This document shows, piece by piece, positions 26,794 to 34,675 of a DNA stretch of 64,000 nt. The stretch is from Acidobacteriota bacterium (GTDB lineage: Bacteria > Acidobacteriota > Thermoanaerobaculia > Thermoanaerobaculales > Sulfomarinibacteraceae). The position numbers were made by a program, and so were the translations under genes. The notes under the pieces were generated by a model. It had not been told where the DNA came from. It worked only from the letters and a program-made list of their open reading frames with translations, and did no database searches. Positions within the stretch are counted from its first letter, which is position 1. Every line of letters begins with the position of its first letter. The stretch spans positions 12,519 through 76,518 of the forward strand of contig JAJDNH010000073.1 of the NCBI GenBank assembly GCA_022340775.1. The letters are read 5' to 3'.

Positions 26794-27594
26794 ATGAGGC
26801 ACAAGCTCATCAAACCTACCGACGAGCTATCGAGGTGGGTACGGCCTGGCCGATACGTCAAGGCGCTTCTCGGGGCCATCCTGCTCGTGGCCTTCGCGGT
26901 CGGCGCCAGCTCAGGATATGTGGTCATTCTGAAGACTGGACAGCGGATTCGTGCCCGTGAGCCCTTCACCATCAAGGGCAAGGAAGCGATTATCGTGCTT
27001 GTCACCGGCACGCTGACAGCCATTCCGCTCGACAAGGTCGACATTGTTGCAACCCAGCGCTACAACAAGCTCGGCCTTGGTGACGCCCTAACCGTCGAAG
27101 GTCTCCAGGCAGACGCAGCGCGGCCAACACCCACGCCGAGGCGCGCTCTCGGCTCCTACGTGACACTCCAAACACAGGATACGGCCGAGCTCGGGAGCGT
27201 GGAGACGCCGACTCCAACACCGACGCCCGGGATCAAGCTGCAGAACAGGGCCTACCCCAACTCCAAGGTCGATGAGGCGTTCAAGCAGGTCTTCGATCAA
27301 CACCATCTGTACCTCGTCCGCACCAGTATCGGCACCCGCCCGGAGTATTACTTCGTCCAGGCGGTGACCGACTCGGAAAACGAAGTCTTCAATGCCCTGA
27401 AAGCGGTGGCGGCCGGCTACACGGTCATTCATGACCTCCAGCCGGAGTTGGCACCGGAGGCGGTTGAGCTGCAGATGGTGACCACCTCCGGCAAGCCAGC
27501 AGGGACCTTCCGGATGAGCCTCGCCGAGGCACAGGCGCTGACATCCGGCAAGGTGGGCGTAGAGACCTTCTACGTCAAGAACGTCATCTTCTAG
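26794..27594 (+). CDS. Hypothetical exported protein with Pro/Thr linkers
   Basis: GGAGG SD and TATACT (26764-26769) upstream; hydrophobic signal-like segment, PTPTP linkers; no recognised family. Confidence 0.6.
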   Translation: MRHKLIKPTDELSRWVRPGRYVKALLGAILLVAFAVGASSGYVVILKTGQRIRAREPFTIKGKEAIIVLVTGTLTAIPLDKVDIVATQRYNKLGLGDALTVEGLQADAARPTPTPRRALGSYVTLQTQDTAELGSVETPTPTPTPGIKLQNRAYPNSKVDEAFKQVFDQHHLYLVRTSIGTRPEYYFVQAVTDSENEVFNALKAVAAGYTVIHDLQPELAPEAVELQMVTTSGKPAGTFRMSLAEAQALTSGKVGVETFYVKNVIF

Positions 27595-27596
27595 GG

Positions 27597-27760
27597 CCCT
27601 GCGGGTATGGGCCCCCGGGACCGGTTGGGCTGCTGAATCGGCGAGGATATCTCCCGTTCCACCTCTTGTGAGCTTACCCGGTGTCCGGGGAAGCCGATCA
27701 ATCAATCCCTCATTTACTTCGTCACGGGGTGGGTGAGTCGGGCCCTGTCCCGTGATCCGG
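27597..27760. ncRNA. Candidate structured ncRNA, rod with central bubble (6S-RNA-like architecture)
   Basis: Terminal pairing CGGG/CCCG plus GGGCCC/GGGCCC (27602-27614 with 27740-27752), ATCGGC/GCCGAT (27637-42 with 27693-98), hairpin 27673-27693; lies between convergent genes; strand undetermined. Confidence 0.35.
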
Positions 27761-27781
27761 TGGCGTCCGGAAAGGCCGCTG

Positions 27782-28912
27782 TCAGACCGGTTGCGAACCA
27801 GCTCGTAGTCGGCGTGCGAGTGGAATCCAAAGCGTGAAGACAACGACCGAGAGCCCGGCTGCGGCGAGGAACGCTCCCTCCCCGCCCGCTGCCGCGTAGA
27901 GGGGACCCGCGAGCGCCGAGCCAACCGTGATTCCAAGGCCGAACGTGAGCCCCGAGTAAAGCGCCTGGGCGCGTCGTCGCATCCCCTCCGGCACGGCATG
28001 CTGGACCAGCTGGATCCCGGCCAGGTGCGCGACCGCAAAGGTCACCGCGTGCATGGCCTGGGCCACGATGACGATTGGCAGGACCGGCGGCAACGCCAGC
28101 AACACCCATCGGACCGGGGCGAGGACCAGGGCCGATCCCAGGAGTCCTCGTAGTCCGCGCCAACGTTCGAGCCGGGCTCCGAACGAAAACGCGACCGACT
28201 CGGCGACGACTCCGGCCGACCACAGCACTCCGATCAGCGTGCTCGACCAGCCGGCGTCCTCGAGGTGGAGTGAAAAGAACGCGTAGTACGGCCCGTGCGC
28301 CACCTGGTTCAGTGCCAAAACCCCCAGCAGCCACCACACCTCGGCTGGCAGGGATCCCCCCCGTTGCACCCGGGGGTGAGGGCGGGCCGAGCGCTCGAAC
28401 GGACGGCACGCAACCACGAGCAGGGCGAGGGAGACGACGAGCAGAACTGGGAACCGAATGACCTTCGCCGCCGATAGCAGCGGACCAGCCCCGACGGCAA
28501 CCACGATGAAGCCGATCGAACCCCACATCCGCAAGGCGCCGTAGCCGCCAGCAGGGACACGCTCCAAAATCGCCGCCTCGACAATCGGCAGCACGGTCGC
28601 GTGGCCGAGCCCGAGAAGGAAGAACGCCACGCCCAGCTGCCAGGGCTGCTGCACCAGCAGCACGGCAAGAGCGCTGGCCACCGCGACGGCCGCGTGCAGC
28701 ACGAGCATCCCCGGCAGCCAGCGGCCTCGATCCACGACCGCACCGACGAGCGGCGCATACACCACCTTTGCCAGCGAGACCGCCGCGGTGATGAGACCGA
28801 TGCCGACTGCACCGATGGCCCGGGCTCTCAGGTAGGGCCCCAAGTAGGGCAGGAGAGCCCCAAGGACGCCGAAGTAGGCGGCGAAGAAGAACGATGACTG
28901 CTTTGACGACAC
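27782..28912 (-). CDS. MFS transporter (MFS_1_like / HcaT-type)
   Basis: 12-TM pattern; FFFAAYFGVLGALLPY, YGALRMWGSIGF, GPYYAFFSLHL, LHAVTF-like MHAVTFA; start uncertain. Confidence 0.85.
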   Translation of the reverse strand: MSSKQSSFFFAAYFGVLGALLPYLGPYLRARAIGAVGIGLITAAVSLAKVVYAPLVGAVVDRGRWLPGMLVLHAAVAVASALAVLLVQQPWQLGVAFFLLGLGHATVLPIVEAAILERVPAGGYGALRMWGSIGFIVVAVGAGPLLSAAKVIRFPVLLVVSLALLVVACRPFERSARPHPRVQRGGSLPAEVWWLLGVLALNQVAHGPYYAFFSLHLEDAGWSSTLIGVLWSAGVVAESVAFSFGARLERWRGLRGLLGSALVLAPVRWVLLALPPVLPIVIVAQAMHAVTFAVAHLAGIQLVQHAVPEGMRRRAQALYSGLTFGLGITVGSALAGPLYAAAGGEGAFLAAAGLSVVVFTLWIPLARRLRAGSQPV

Positions 28913-28925
28913 AGTACAGCTCGGA

Positions 28926-28931
28926 TAGCCT
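28926..28931 (+). promoter_or_regulatory. Putative -10 hexamer TAGCCT, 6 nt before ATG 28938 (leaderless)
   Basis: TAGCCT-gatcgc-ATG, no SD. Confidence 0.45.
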
Positions 28932-28937
28932 GATCGC

Positions 28938-30248
28938 ATGACGGAGATCGTCGTCGTAGGGGCAGGGCTAACCGGGCTCACGGCGGCCCTGCGCCTCGCT
29001 CAGTCAGGATATCGGGTTCGGGTGTTCGAGCGCTACCCCCGACCCGGCGGTCTGGCCCGGGTATTCGAGGTCGGCGGCGAGAGGCTGGAGGCCTTCTACC
29101 ACCATCTCTTCACGACCGACTCGGCATACGTCCGACTGGCCCGTGAGCTCGATCTCGCGTCCGCAATCGAATGGCTACCCTCGAGGATGGGCATCTGGAC
29201 CGACCACCGCCTGTGGGACTTTGGCACTCCTCAATCGCTGCTCCGCTTCTCTCCCCTGAGCCTGGTCGACAAAGCGAGGTTTGTCCTGTGGACGGTTCTC
29301 CTGCAGCGCTCCGGGCGGGCCGAGCGCTACGCTGACGTCACGGCCAAGGAGTGGATCTGCGCCCATCAGGGACGCCGCGTCTGGGACGTCGTCTGGGGCC
29401 CTCTCTTTCACCAGAAGTTCTCGGACTACGCCGACCAGGTCGCCATGGTGTGGCTATGGCGAAAGGTCTACCTCAGGGGCCGTTCGCGCTCGCGGTCCGG
29501 CCTTGGAGAGCGCCTCGGCTACATGCGCGGCTCCTTCGCGCGCCTGGTGGAAACGCTCGCGGCACGCATTACGGGCCTCGGCGGAGAGGTCAGCCTCAGC
29601 GATGAGGTCCGACGCCTGGAGCATGACGATGCCGGCTTCCAGGTCATGAGCCGGCAGGGCGAGGTGCACTGCGACCGTGTCCTGCTGGCAATCCCCATCC
29701 CCGAGTATCTAGAGGTCGCCGGACACCTGCTTCCGGCTGCTGATCTCGATCGCCTGCACGGACTGAAGTCCACGGCCGCCATCTGCACGGTGCTGGAGAT
29801 GAACCGCTCCCTGACACCGTACTACTGGCTCAACATCGCCGACCCCGACATGCCGTTCGGTGGGCTCATCGAGCACACCAACTACATCTCCCGGGAACGA
29901 TACGGTGGGCGCCACATTCTGTACATCTCAAACTACCTGCTGCCGAACGACCCCATGCTCTCGCTCAGCAAGAGTGAGATCCTTGACAGGTACGTGCCGG
30001 CCTTGCAGCGAATCAACTCCAGCTTCGGCGAGGACTGGATCGTGGCCAGCCACCATTTCAAGGCAGACTACGCCCAGCCCCTGGTCACGGTCGGATACCG
30101 GCGCCTGATCCCCCCTTTCCGCACTGCCGTGCCCGGCCTCTACCTCGGTTCGATGGCACAGATCTACCCCGAGGACAGGGGACAAAACTACGCGGTGGAG
30201 TACGGTGAGAAGGTCGCTCGCTGCCTCATCGAGGATCTCGGCGGGTGA
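28938..30248 (+). CDS. NAD(P)/FAD-dependent oxidoreductase (protoporphyrinogen/amine oxidase fold)
   Basis: VVVGAGLTGL, ERYPRPGGLA, LEAFYHHLF, C-terminal QIYPEDRGQNYAV. Confidence 0.85.
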   Translation: MTEIVVVGAGLTGLTAALRLAQSGYRVRVFERYPRPGGLARVFEVGGERLEAFYHHLFTTDSAYVRLARELDLASAIEWLPSRMGIWTDHRLWDFGTPQSLLRFSPLSLVDKARFVLWTVLLQRSGRAERYADVTAKEWICAHQGRRVWDVVWGPLFHQKFSDYADQVAMVWLWRKVYLRGRSRSRSGLGERLGYMRGSFARLVETLAARITGLGGEVSLSDEVRRLEHDDAGFQVMSRQGEVHCDRVLLAIPIPEYLEVAGHLLPAADLDRLHGLKSTAAICTVLEMNRSLTPYYWLNIADPDMPFGGLIEHTNYISRERYGGRHILYISNYLLPNDPMLSLSKSEILDRYVPALQRINSSFGEDWIVASHHFKADYAQPLVTVGYRRLIPPFRTAVPGLYLGSMAQIYPEDRGQNYAVEYGEKVARCLIEDLGG

Positions 30249-30347
30249 TGGCCCCTCGATCGGGGAATGTCCCCGGGTACGCGCCTGTAGTACCATGTGC
30301 CAGCCGGCTCGCGGCCGGCTCAACGTGAGCTCGATGGAGGATGAGTG

Positions 30348-30674
30348 ATGGCAGGAAAAACTACCGCGGTGACCACCAACGATTTCGACAGTGTGGTCCT
30401 GAACGCGAGCCAGCCGGCAATCGTCGACTTCTGGGCGGTCTGGTGCGGGCCGTGCCGCACGGTGGGACCGATCGTCGAGAACATCGCTGAGGAGTACGAG
30501 GGCAAGGCCCTGGTGGCCAAGCTCGATGTGGACTCGAACCGGGACGTGGCTGTCCGCTACGGGATTCAGGCCATCCCGACTCTCCTTTTCTTCAAGAACG
30601 GAGAGGTCGTGGACCGCATTGTCGGCGCCGCCGACAAGAGGTCCATCACATCCAAGCTGGACGCCCTCCTCTAG
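30348..30674 (+). CDS. trxA: Thioredoxin
   Basis: VDFWAVWCGPC, YGIQAIPTL. Confidence 0.97.
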   Translation: MAGKTTAVTTNDFDSVVLNASQPAIVDFWAVWCGPCRTVGPIVENIAEEYEGKALVAKLDVDSNRDVAVRYGIQAIPTLLFFKNGEVVDRIVGAADKRSITSKLDALL

Positions 30675-30864
30675 CCCGGGTCATTCACTCTCAATCTACC
30701 GCGATCGACGGTGCAGAAGCCTGGCCGCACTCCTCGCGTCGCCGGCCCTGCTGCAATCGCCCGCAAACTGTCCGGGCGAGGCCGCGCTCGATGTTGAGGG
30801 TCGGCCGTCTCCGGGCTCCTCTCGAGTTGCCACTCCCATGGAGTCCCTGCGGCCGGAAATGGGA

Positions 30865-33276
30865 TCAGCTGGCGCCGTTCCCGTCGGTGTCGTCGGTCGC
30901 AGCCTTCCCGGCTCGCCGCATCAGGCGTGCCATCTCGTCGAGGCGCTCCTGGCAGCGCGCGTAGACGCTCCCCGCGGGCCACCCGTCATCCTGCCACTCG
31001 CCGGCTGTCGTCCCGGTCAGCAGCTCGATGCCTTCCTCGATCGACCCAACCTCCCAGACGTGGAAGCTCCCCTCGCGCACCGCCTTCAGGACCTCTCCGT
31101 CGAGATGAAGGTCCTTCACGTTGCCGGACGGGATCATGACCCCCTGCGAGCCACTCAGCCCCCGGCGGCTGCACACGCGGTAGAACGCCTCGATCTTCTC
31201 GTTCACGCCGCCGATGGGCTGGACCCGGCCGTACTGGTCAACCGAGCCCGTGACCGCCACGTCCTGTCTCAGAGGGAGCTCGGCGAGGGCCGACAAGATG
31301 GCGTAGATCTCCGTCGACGAGGCAGAGTCGCCGTCTACGCCGCCGTAGGACTGCTCGAAAGTCACGGAGCAGGCCATGGTCAGAGGCGCGCGCCGGGCGA
31401 AGTTGCCGCGCAGGAAACCGGTCAGGATGTTCACGCCCTTGTCGTAGGTGGGTCCCGACAGACCAGACTGTCGCTCGATGTTGATCACTCCATCGCGACC
31501 CAGTCCCACCCTCGCAGAGATCCGCGCCGGCTTGCCAAAGCGGTGGTGCCCGAGATCGTAGACTGCGAGCCCGGAAACCTGGCCGACGGCGGTGCCCTCC
31601 GTGTTGATGTGGATGACCTCGTCGGCGATGAAGTCGAGGGTCCTCTCCTCGGACAGACCGTGGCGGTACCTGTGCGCTGCCAGCGCGCCCGTGACATGCT
31701 CTCTCGACACCGTCTCGGAGCCCGCTTTTCGCGCCAGGAAGGATGCCTCCCTCAGCACGTCAGCGAGGTCGGAGAAGCGGCTGGAGAAACGATGCCGGTA
31801 CCGGCCGAGCCGCACAGCCACCTCCAGAATGGCCGCCATCCCGCTTTGTTCCATGGCCGGAAGATCCTCGTCCGCGGAGACCTTCCTCAAAACCGAGAGG
31901 ATGTCGTGCGCGGCCTCCGGCCTCAACGGCATCAGGGAGTCGAAGTCCGCAAGGACCTTGAAGATCTTGGGGAAGTCAGGATCCAGCCGGTACAGCAGGT
32001 CGTAGATGCTGCGGTCGCCAATAATCACCACCTTGACCTCGAGCGGCACCGCCTCCGGCTTGAGGAGACTGATCCCCAGCACCGCTGACTCGGGCGACTG
32101 GATCTGGACTCGACTGTACTTCAGCGCCCGCTTGAGGCCGGGCCACGCGCGCGCCTCGAGGAGCACGTCGTTCGCGCTCAGGACCAGATAGCCGCCACTG
32201 GCGCGCAGCAACGAGCCCGCCCGGATCTTGAGGAACGAGCTGGTGCCTTCTCCCTTCGAGGTCAGCGACCTCTCGATGGTGCCGAAGAGGTTGGTAAACG
32301 TCGGTTCGGTCTCGATCACGACCGGACGGCCCTTGAGCTCGCCGTTGTCCACCGCCAGGTTCACACGCCAGCGCAGAAACGGATCGACACCTTCCGGCTT
32401 CTCGTCGCCTGCGAACGCGGCCAGACGCTCCTCGAGATCGGTGCGGACTTCCCGCAGGTAGTCGTTCACCCGGTCGTCGCCCGTGGCCTCGCCGACCCGC
32501 CGGACCACGACGTCGAGGAGTGGCCTCACGACCGCCTTCTGGACCTTCTCGACCTGCTCCTCCATCTGCCGTCTGAGCTCGGTGACGCGTTGGAAGACCT
32601 CCCCCATCTTCTTCATCAGGAGCTCGTGACTCTTCTCCAGGCCGGAGGCCTCCTCGGCGCTCAGATCTCCAGCCTCGACGTGGGAGGAGAGCTCGTCCAT
32701 GGGGACCGGCTTCTCTTTGACGACCGGGAAGATCTCGGGACGGGTCACCATCCCCATCTTGATCTGCACCATCTGGAAGCCGGCCTCCTGAACCTCGTGC
32801 TCGAAAGACCCGACCAGCTCCTTCTCCTCACCCTTGAGGTCGGCGAGAGCGGCGTCGATGCGGTCCCTGATCTCCTGGTTGGTGAACATTTCGGAGAGGC
32901 TCTCCGCAAGCTCGGTGATGAGCCGATCCATCGCCTCGCGAAGCCGCCGCCCGGCGCCAGCCTTCAAGCGAAGGACGCGCGGCTCCTCCTCGGAGCGGAA
33001 GTTGAACACGAAGCACACGTCGTCCGCTGGTTCCTGACCCTCGGTCTGCTCGTCGAGGAAGCGCTTGATCGTTGTCAGGCGACCGGTACCGGAAAGGCCC
33101 GTCACGAAGATGTTGTACCCTGTTCCCCCCACGCCAAGGCCGAACGCGATGGCGCGCACGGCCCGGTCCTGGCCAACAATGGAGGCGGCAGGCTCGATAT
33201 CGGCGGACGTCCGCCACGGTAACCAGTCATCGGGACACGACCAGGCAAGCTCCTCAGCCGGCAGCTCACGCACCAT
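30865..33276 (-). CDS. Lon-like serine protease, LonC/AAA_32 type
   Basis: IVGQDRA, EPTFTNLFG, AGSLLRASGGYL, KVLADFD, Ser-Lys dyad DGDSASS / PIGGVNEKIE; Walker motifs degenerate. Confidence 0.9.
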   Translation of the reverse strand: MVRELPAEELAWSCPDDWLPWRTSADIEPAASIVGQDRAVRAIAFGLGVGGTGYNIFVTGLSGTGRLTTIKRFLDEQTEGQEPADDVCFVFNFRSEEEPRVLRLKAGAGRRLREAMDRLITELAESLSEMFTNQEIRDRIDAALADLKGEEKELVGSFEHEVQEAGFQMVQIKMGMVTRPEIFPVVKEKPVPMDELSSHVEAGDLSAEEASGLEKSHELLMKKMGEVFQRVTELRRQMEEQVEKVQKAVVRPLLDVVVRRVGEATGDDRVNDYLREVRTDLEERLAAFAGDEKPEGVDPFLRWRVNLAVDNGELKGRPVVIETEPTFTNLFGTIERSLTSKGEGTSSFLKIRAGSLLRASGGYLVLSANDVLLEARAWPGLKRALKYSRVQIQSPESAVLGISLLKPEAVPLEVKVVIIGDRSIYDLLYRLDPDFPKIFKVLADFDSLMPLRPEAAHDILSVLRKVSADEDLPAMEQSGMAAILEVAVRLGRYRHRFSSRFSDLADVLREASFLARKAGSETVSREHVTGALAAHRYRHGLSEERTLDFIADEVIHINTEGTAVGQVSGLAVYDLGHHRFGKPARISARVGLGRDGVINIERQSGLSGPTYDKGVNILTGFLRGNFARRAPLTMACSVTFEQSYGGVDGDSASSTEIYAILSALAELPLRQDVAVTGSVDQYGRVQPIGGVNEKIEAFYRVCSRRGLSGSQGVMIPSGNVKDLHLDGEVLKAVREGSFHVWEVGSIEEGIELLTGTTAGEWQDDGWPAGSVYARCQERLDEMARLMRRAGKAATDDTDGNGAS

Positions 33277-33328
33277 AGGACCTTCCTTTCTCTGCCAACG
33301 GCGGATCACGAGATGAGCGCCGTCGAGA

Positions 33329-34675
33329 CTACCCAATCATGACCGATTCTTCCGGCTGCTGCCAGTCGCCCGGCATGCCACGGTCCACCAGCGCAAGGCC
33401 GAAGGTCAGCGGGCCAACGCGACCCAGGAACATGAGCGAGACCAGCACCAGTCGGCTCGGCACACCGAGTTGCGCCGTGATGCCCGTCGACAGGCCGACG
33501 GTTCCGAAGGCTGAAACCGCCTCGAACAGGACCTTCAGAAAGCTCCCGTCGCCCCCGAACGGCCCCCCCAACTCCGCCTCCAGGTGGAGAATCACCAGCG
33601 TTGCCAGTAGTACCAGCGTCAGGCTCGAGAGCATCAGAGCAACCGCCGATGCCAGCGCATCCGCTGGCAGGGTACGGTTCCACAGGTTGACGCGGCGGTG
33701 CCCTCGGCTGCGGGAGAACGCCGCCGCAGCCAGAACGCCCAAGGTTGTCGTCTTGACGCCCCCGCCGGTCGAACCCGGCGACGCTCCGACGAACATGAGC
33801 ATGACCGTGAACATCAGCCCTGCCGCGGTAAACCGTCCATAGTCCAGGGTGCTGAAACCAGCTGTACGGGGCGTGACCGCCTGGAAAGCTATCGCGGCCG
33901 CTCGCTCGTCGCTCGGGATACCCTGCAGCGCTCCATGCCACTCGAGAACGCCGATTCCGATCATTCCGCCGATCAGCAGCGCTAGTGTCGTTGCGAGGAC
34001 GAGCCGCGTGTGCAAGGAGAGCGGGCGGCGTCTGCCCGACCGCCACCGGTCATACATGTCGGTCAACGGCAGAAACCCGAGCCCGCCGATTATGATGAGG
34101 CCGGCGACTGTCGCCACCACCAGGACATTGCCGCGCCACGGCATCAGCGATGCGGGGTGGAGCCCAAAGCCGGCGTTGCAGAACGCCGACACGGCGTGGA
34201 AAGCTCCCCAGCCAAAGGCGCGAAGCCACCCCATCTCCGGGCCCCAGGCCACCATCAGGAGGGCGGCTCCGACGGCTTCAACCAAAAACGTCACTCCGGC
34301 AGCCATCTTGAGCAACGGCCAGAAATCCTCCCACGGTCCCTCTGCCAAAGTGCTCTGGACCAGGGCTCGGCCGAAAAACGACATACGCCCACCGACCAGG
34401 ATCACGAGGAAGAAGCCGAACGTCAGCACCCCCAGCCCACCGAGCTGGAACAGCGACATGATCACGCCTTGTCCGGCGACCGTGAAGTCCTCCGGAGAGC
34501 GTACGACCAGACCGGTAACGCACACCGCGGAGGTGGCGGTGAACAAGGCTTCGTCCCACCTCAGCTCACGCCCTGGCTTCGCCACTCCTGGCAGCTGAAG
34601 GGCCACGGTCCCCATCGCCACCAGCAACGCAAAAGAGGCCACGAACCCGCGGGCCGGCGTCAACCACCGCGGCAT
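33329..34675 (-). CDS. TrkH/KtrB family potassium uptake membrane subunit
   Basis: Four pore loops: TSAVCVTGL, SAFCNAGF, TPRTAGF, SAFGTVGLS; IGASPGSTGGGVK-like VGASPGSTGGGVK. Confidence 0.93.
   Translation of the reverse strand: MPRWLTPARGFVASFALLVAMGTVALQLPGVAKPGRELRWDEALFTATSAVCVTGLVVRSPEDFTVAGQGVIMSLFQLGGLGVLTFGFFLVILVGGRMSFFGRALVQSTLAEGPWEDFWPLLKMAAGVTFLVEAVGAALLMVAWGPEMGWLRAFGWGAFHAVSAFCNAGFGLHPASLMPWRGNVLVVATVAGLIIIGGLGFLPLTDMYDRWRSGRRRPLSLHTRLVLATTLALLIGGMIGIGVLEWHGALQGIPSDERAAAIAFQAVTPRTAGFSTLDYGRFTAAGLMFTVMLMFVGASPGSTGGGVKTTTLGVLAAAAFSRSRGHRRVNLWNRTLPADALASAVALMLSSLTLVLLATLVILHLEAELGGPFGGDGSFLKVLFEAVSAFGTVGLSTGITAQLGVPSRLVLVSLMFLGRVGPLTFGLALVDRGMPGDWQQPEESVMIG

Noticed and set aside
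27628-27645. GCTGAATC resembling the start of a c-di-AMP (ydaO) riboswitch
   Set aside because: Remaining conserved blocks (GGGGGA, GGGGTGAA, CAGCTAAC) are absent and it is not in a 5' leader
27761-27780. GTCCGGAAAGG resembling SRP RNA helix 8
   Set aside because: Lacks the CAGG...GGAAGCAG symmetric loop and the TCC/GGA pairing
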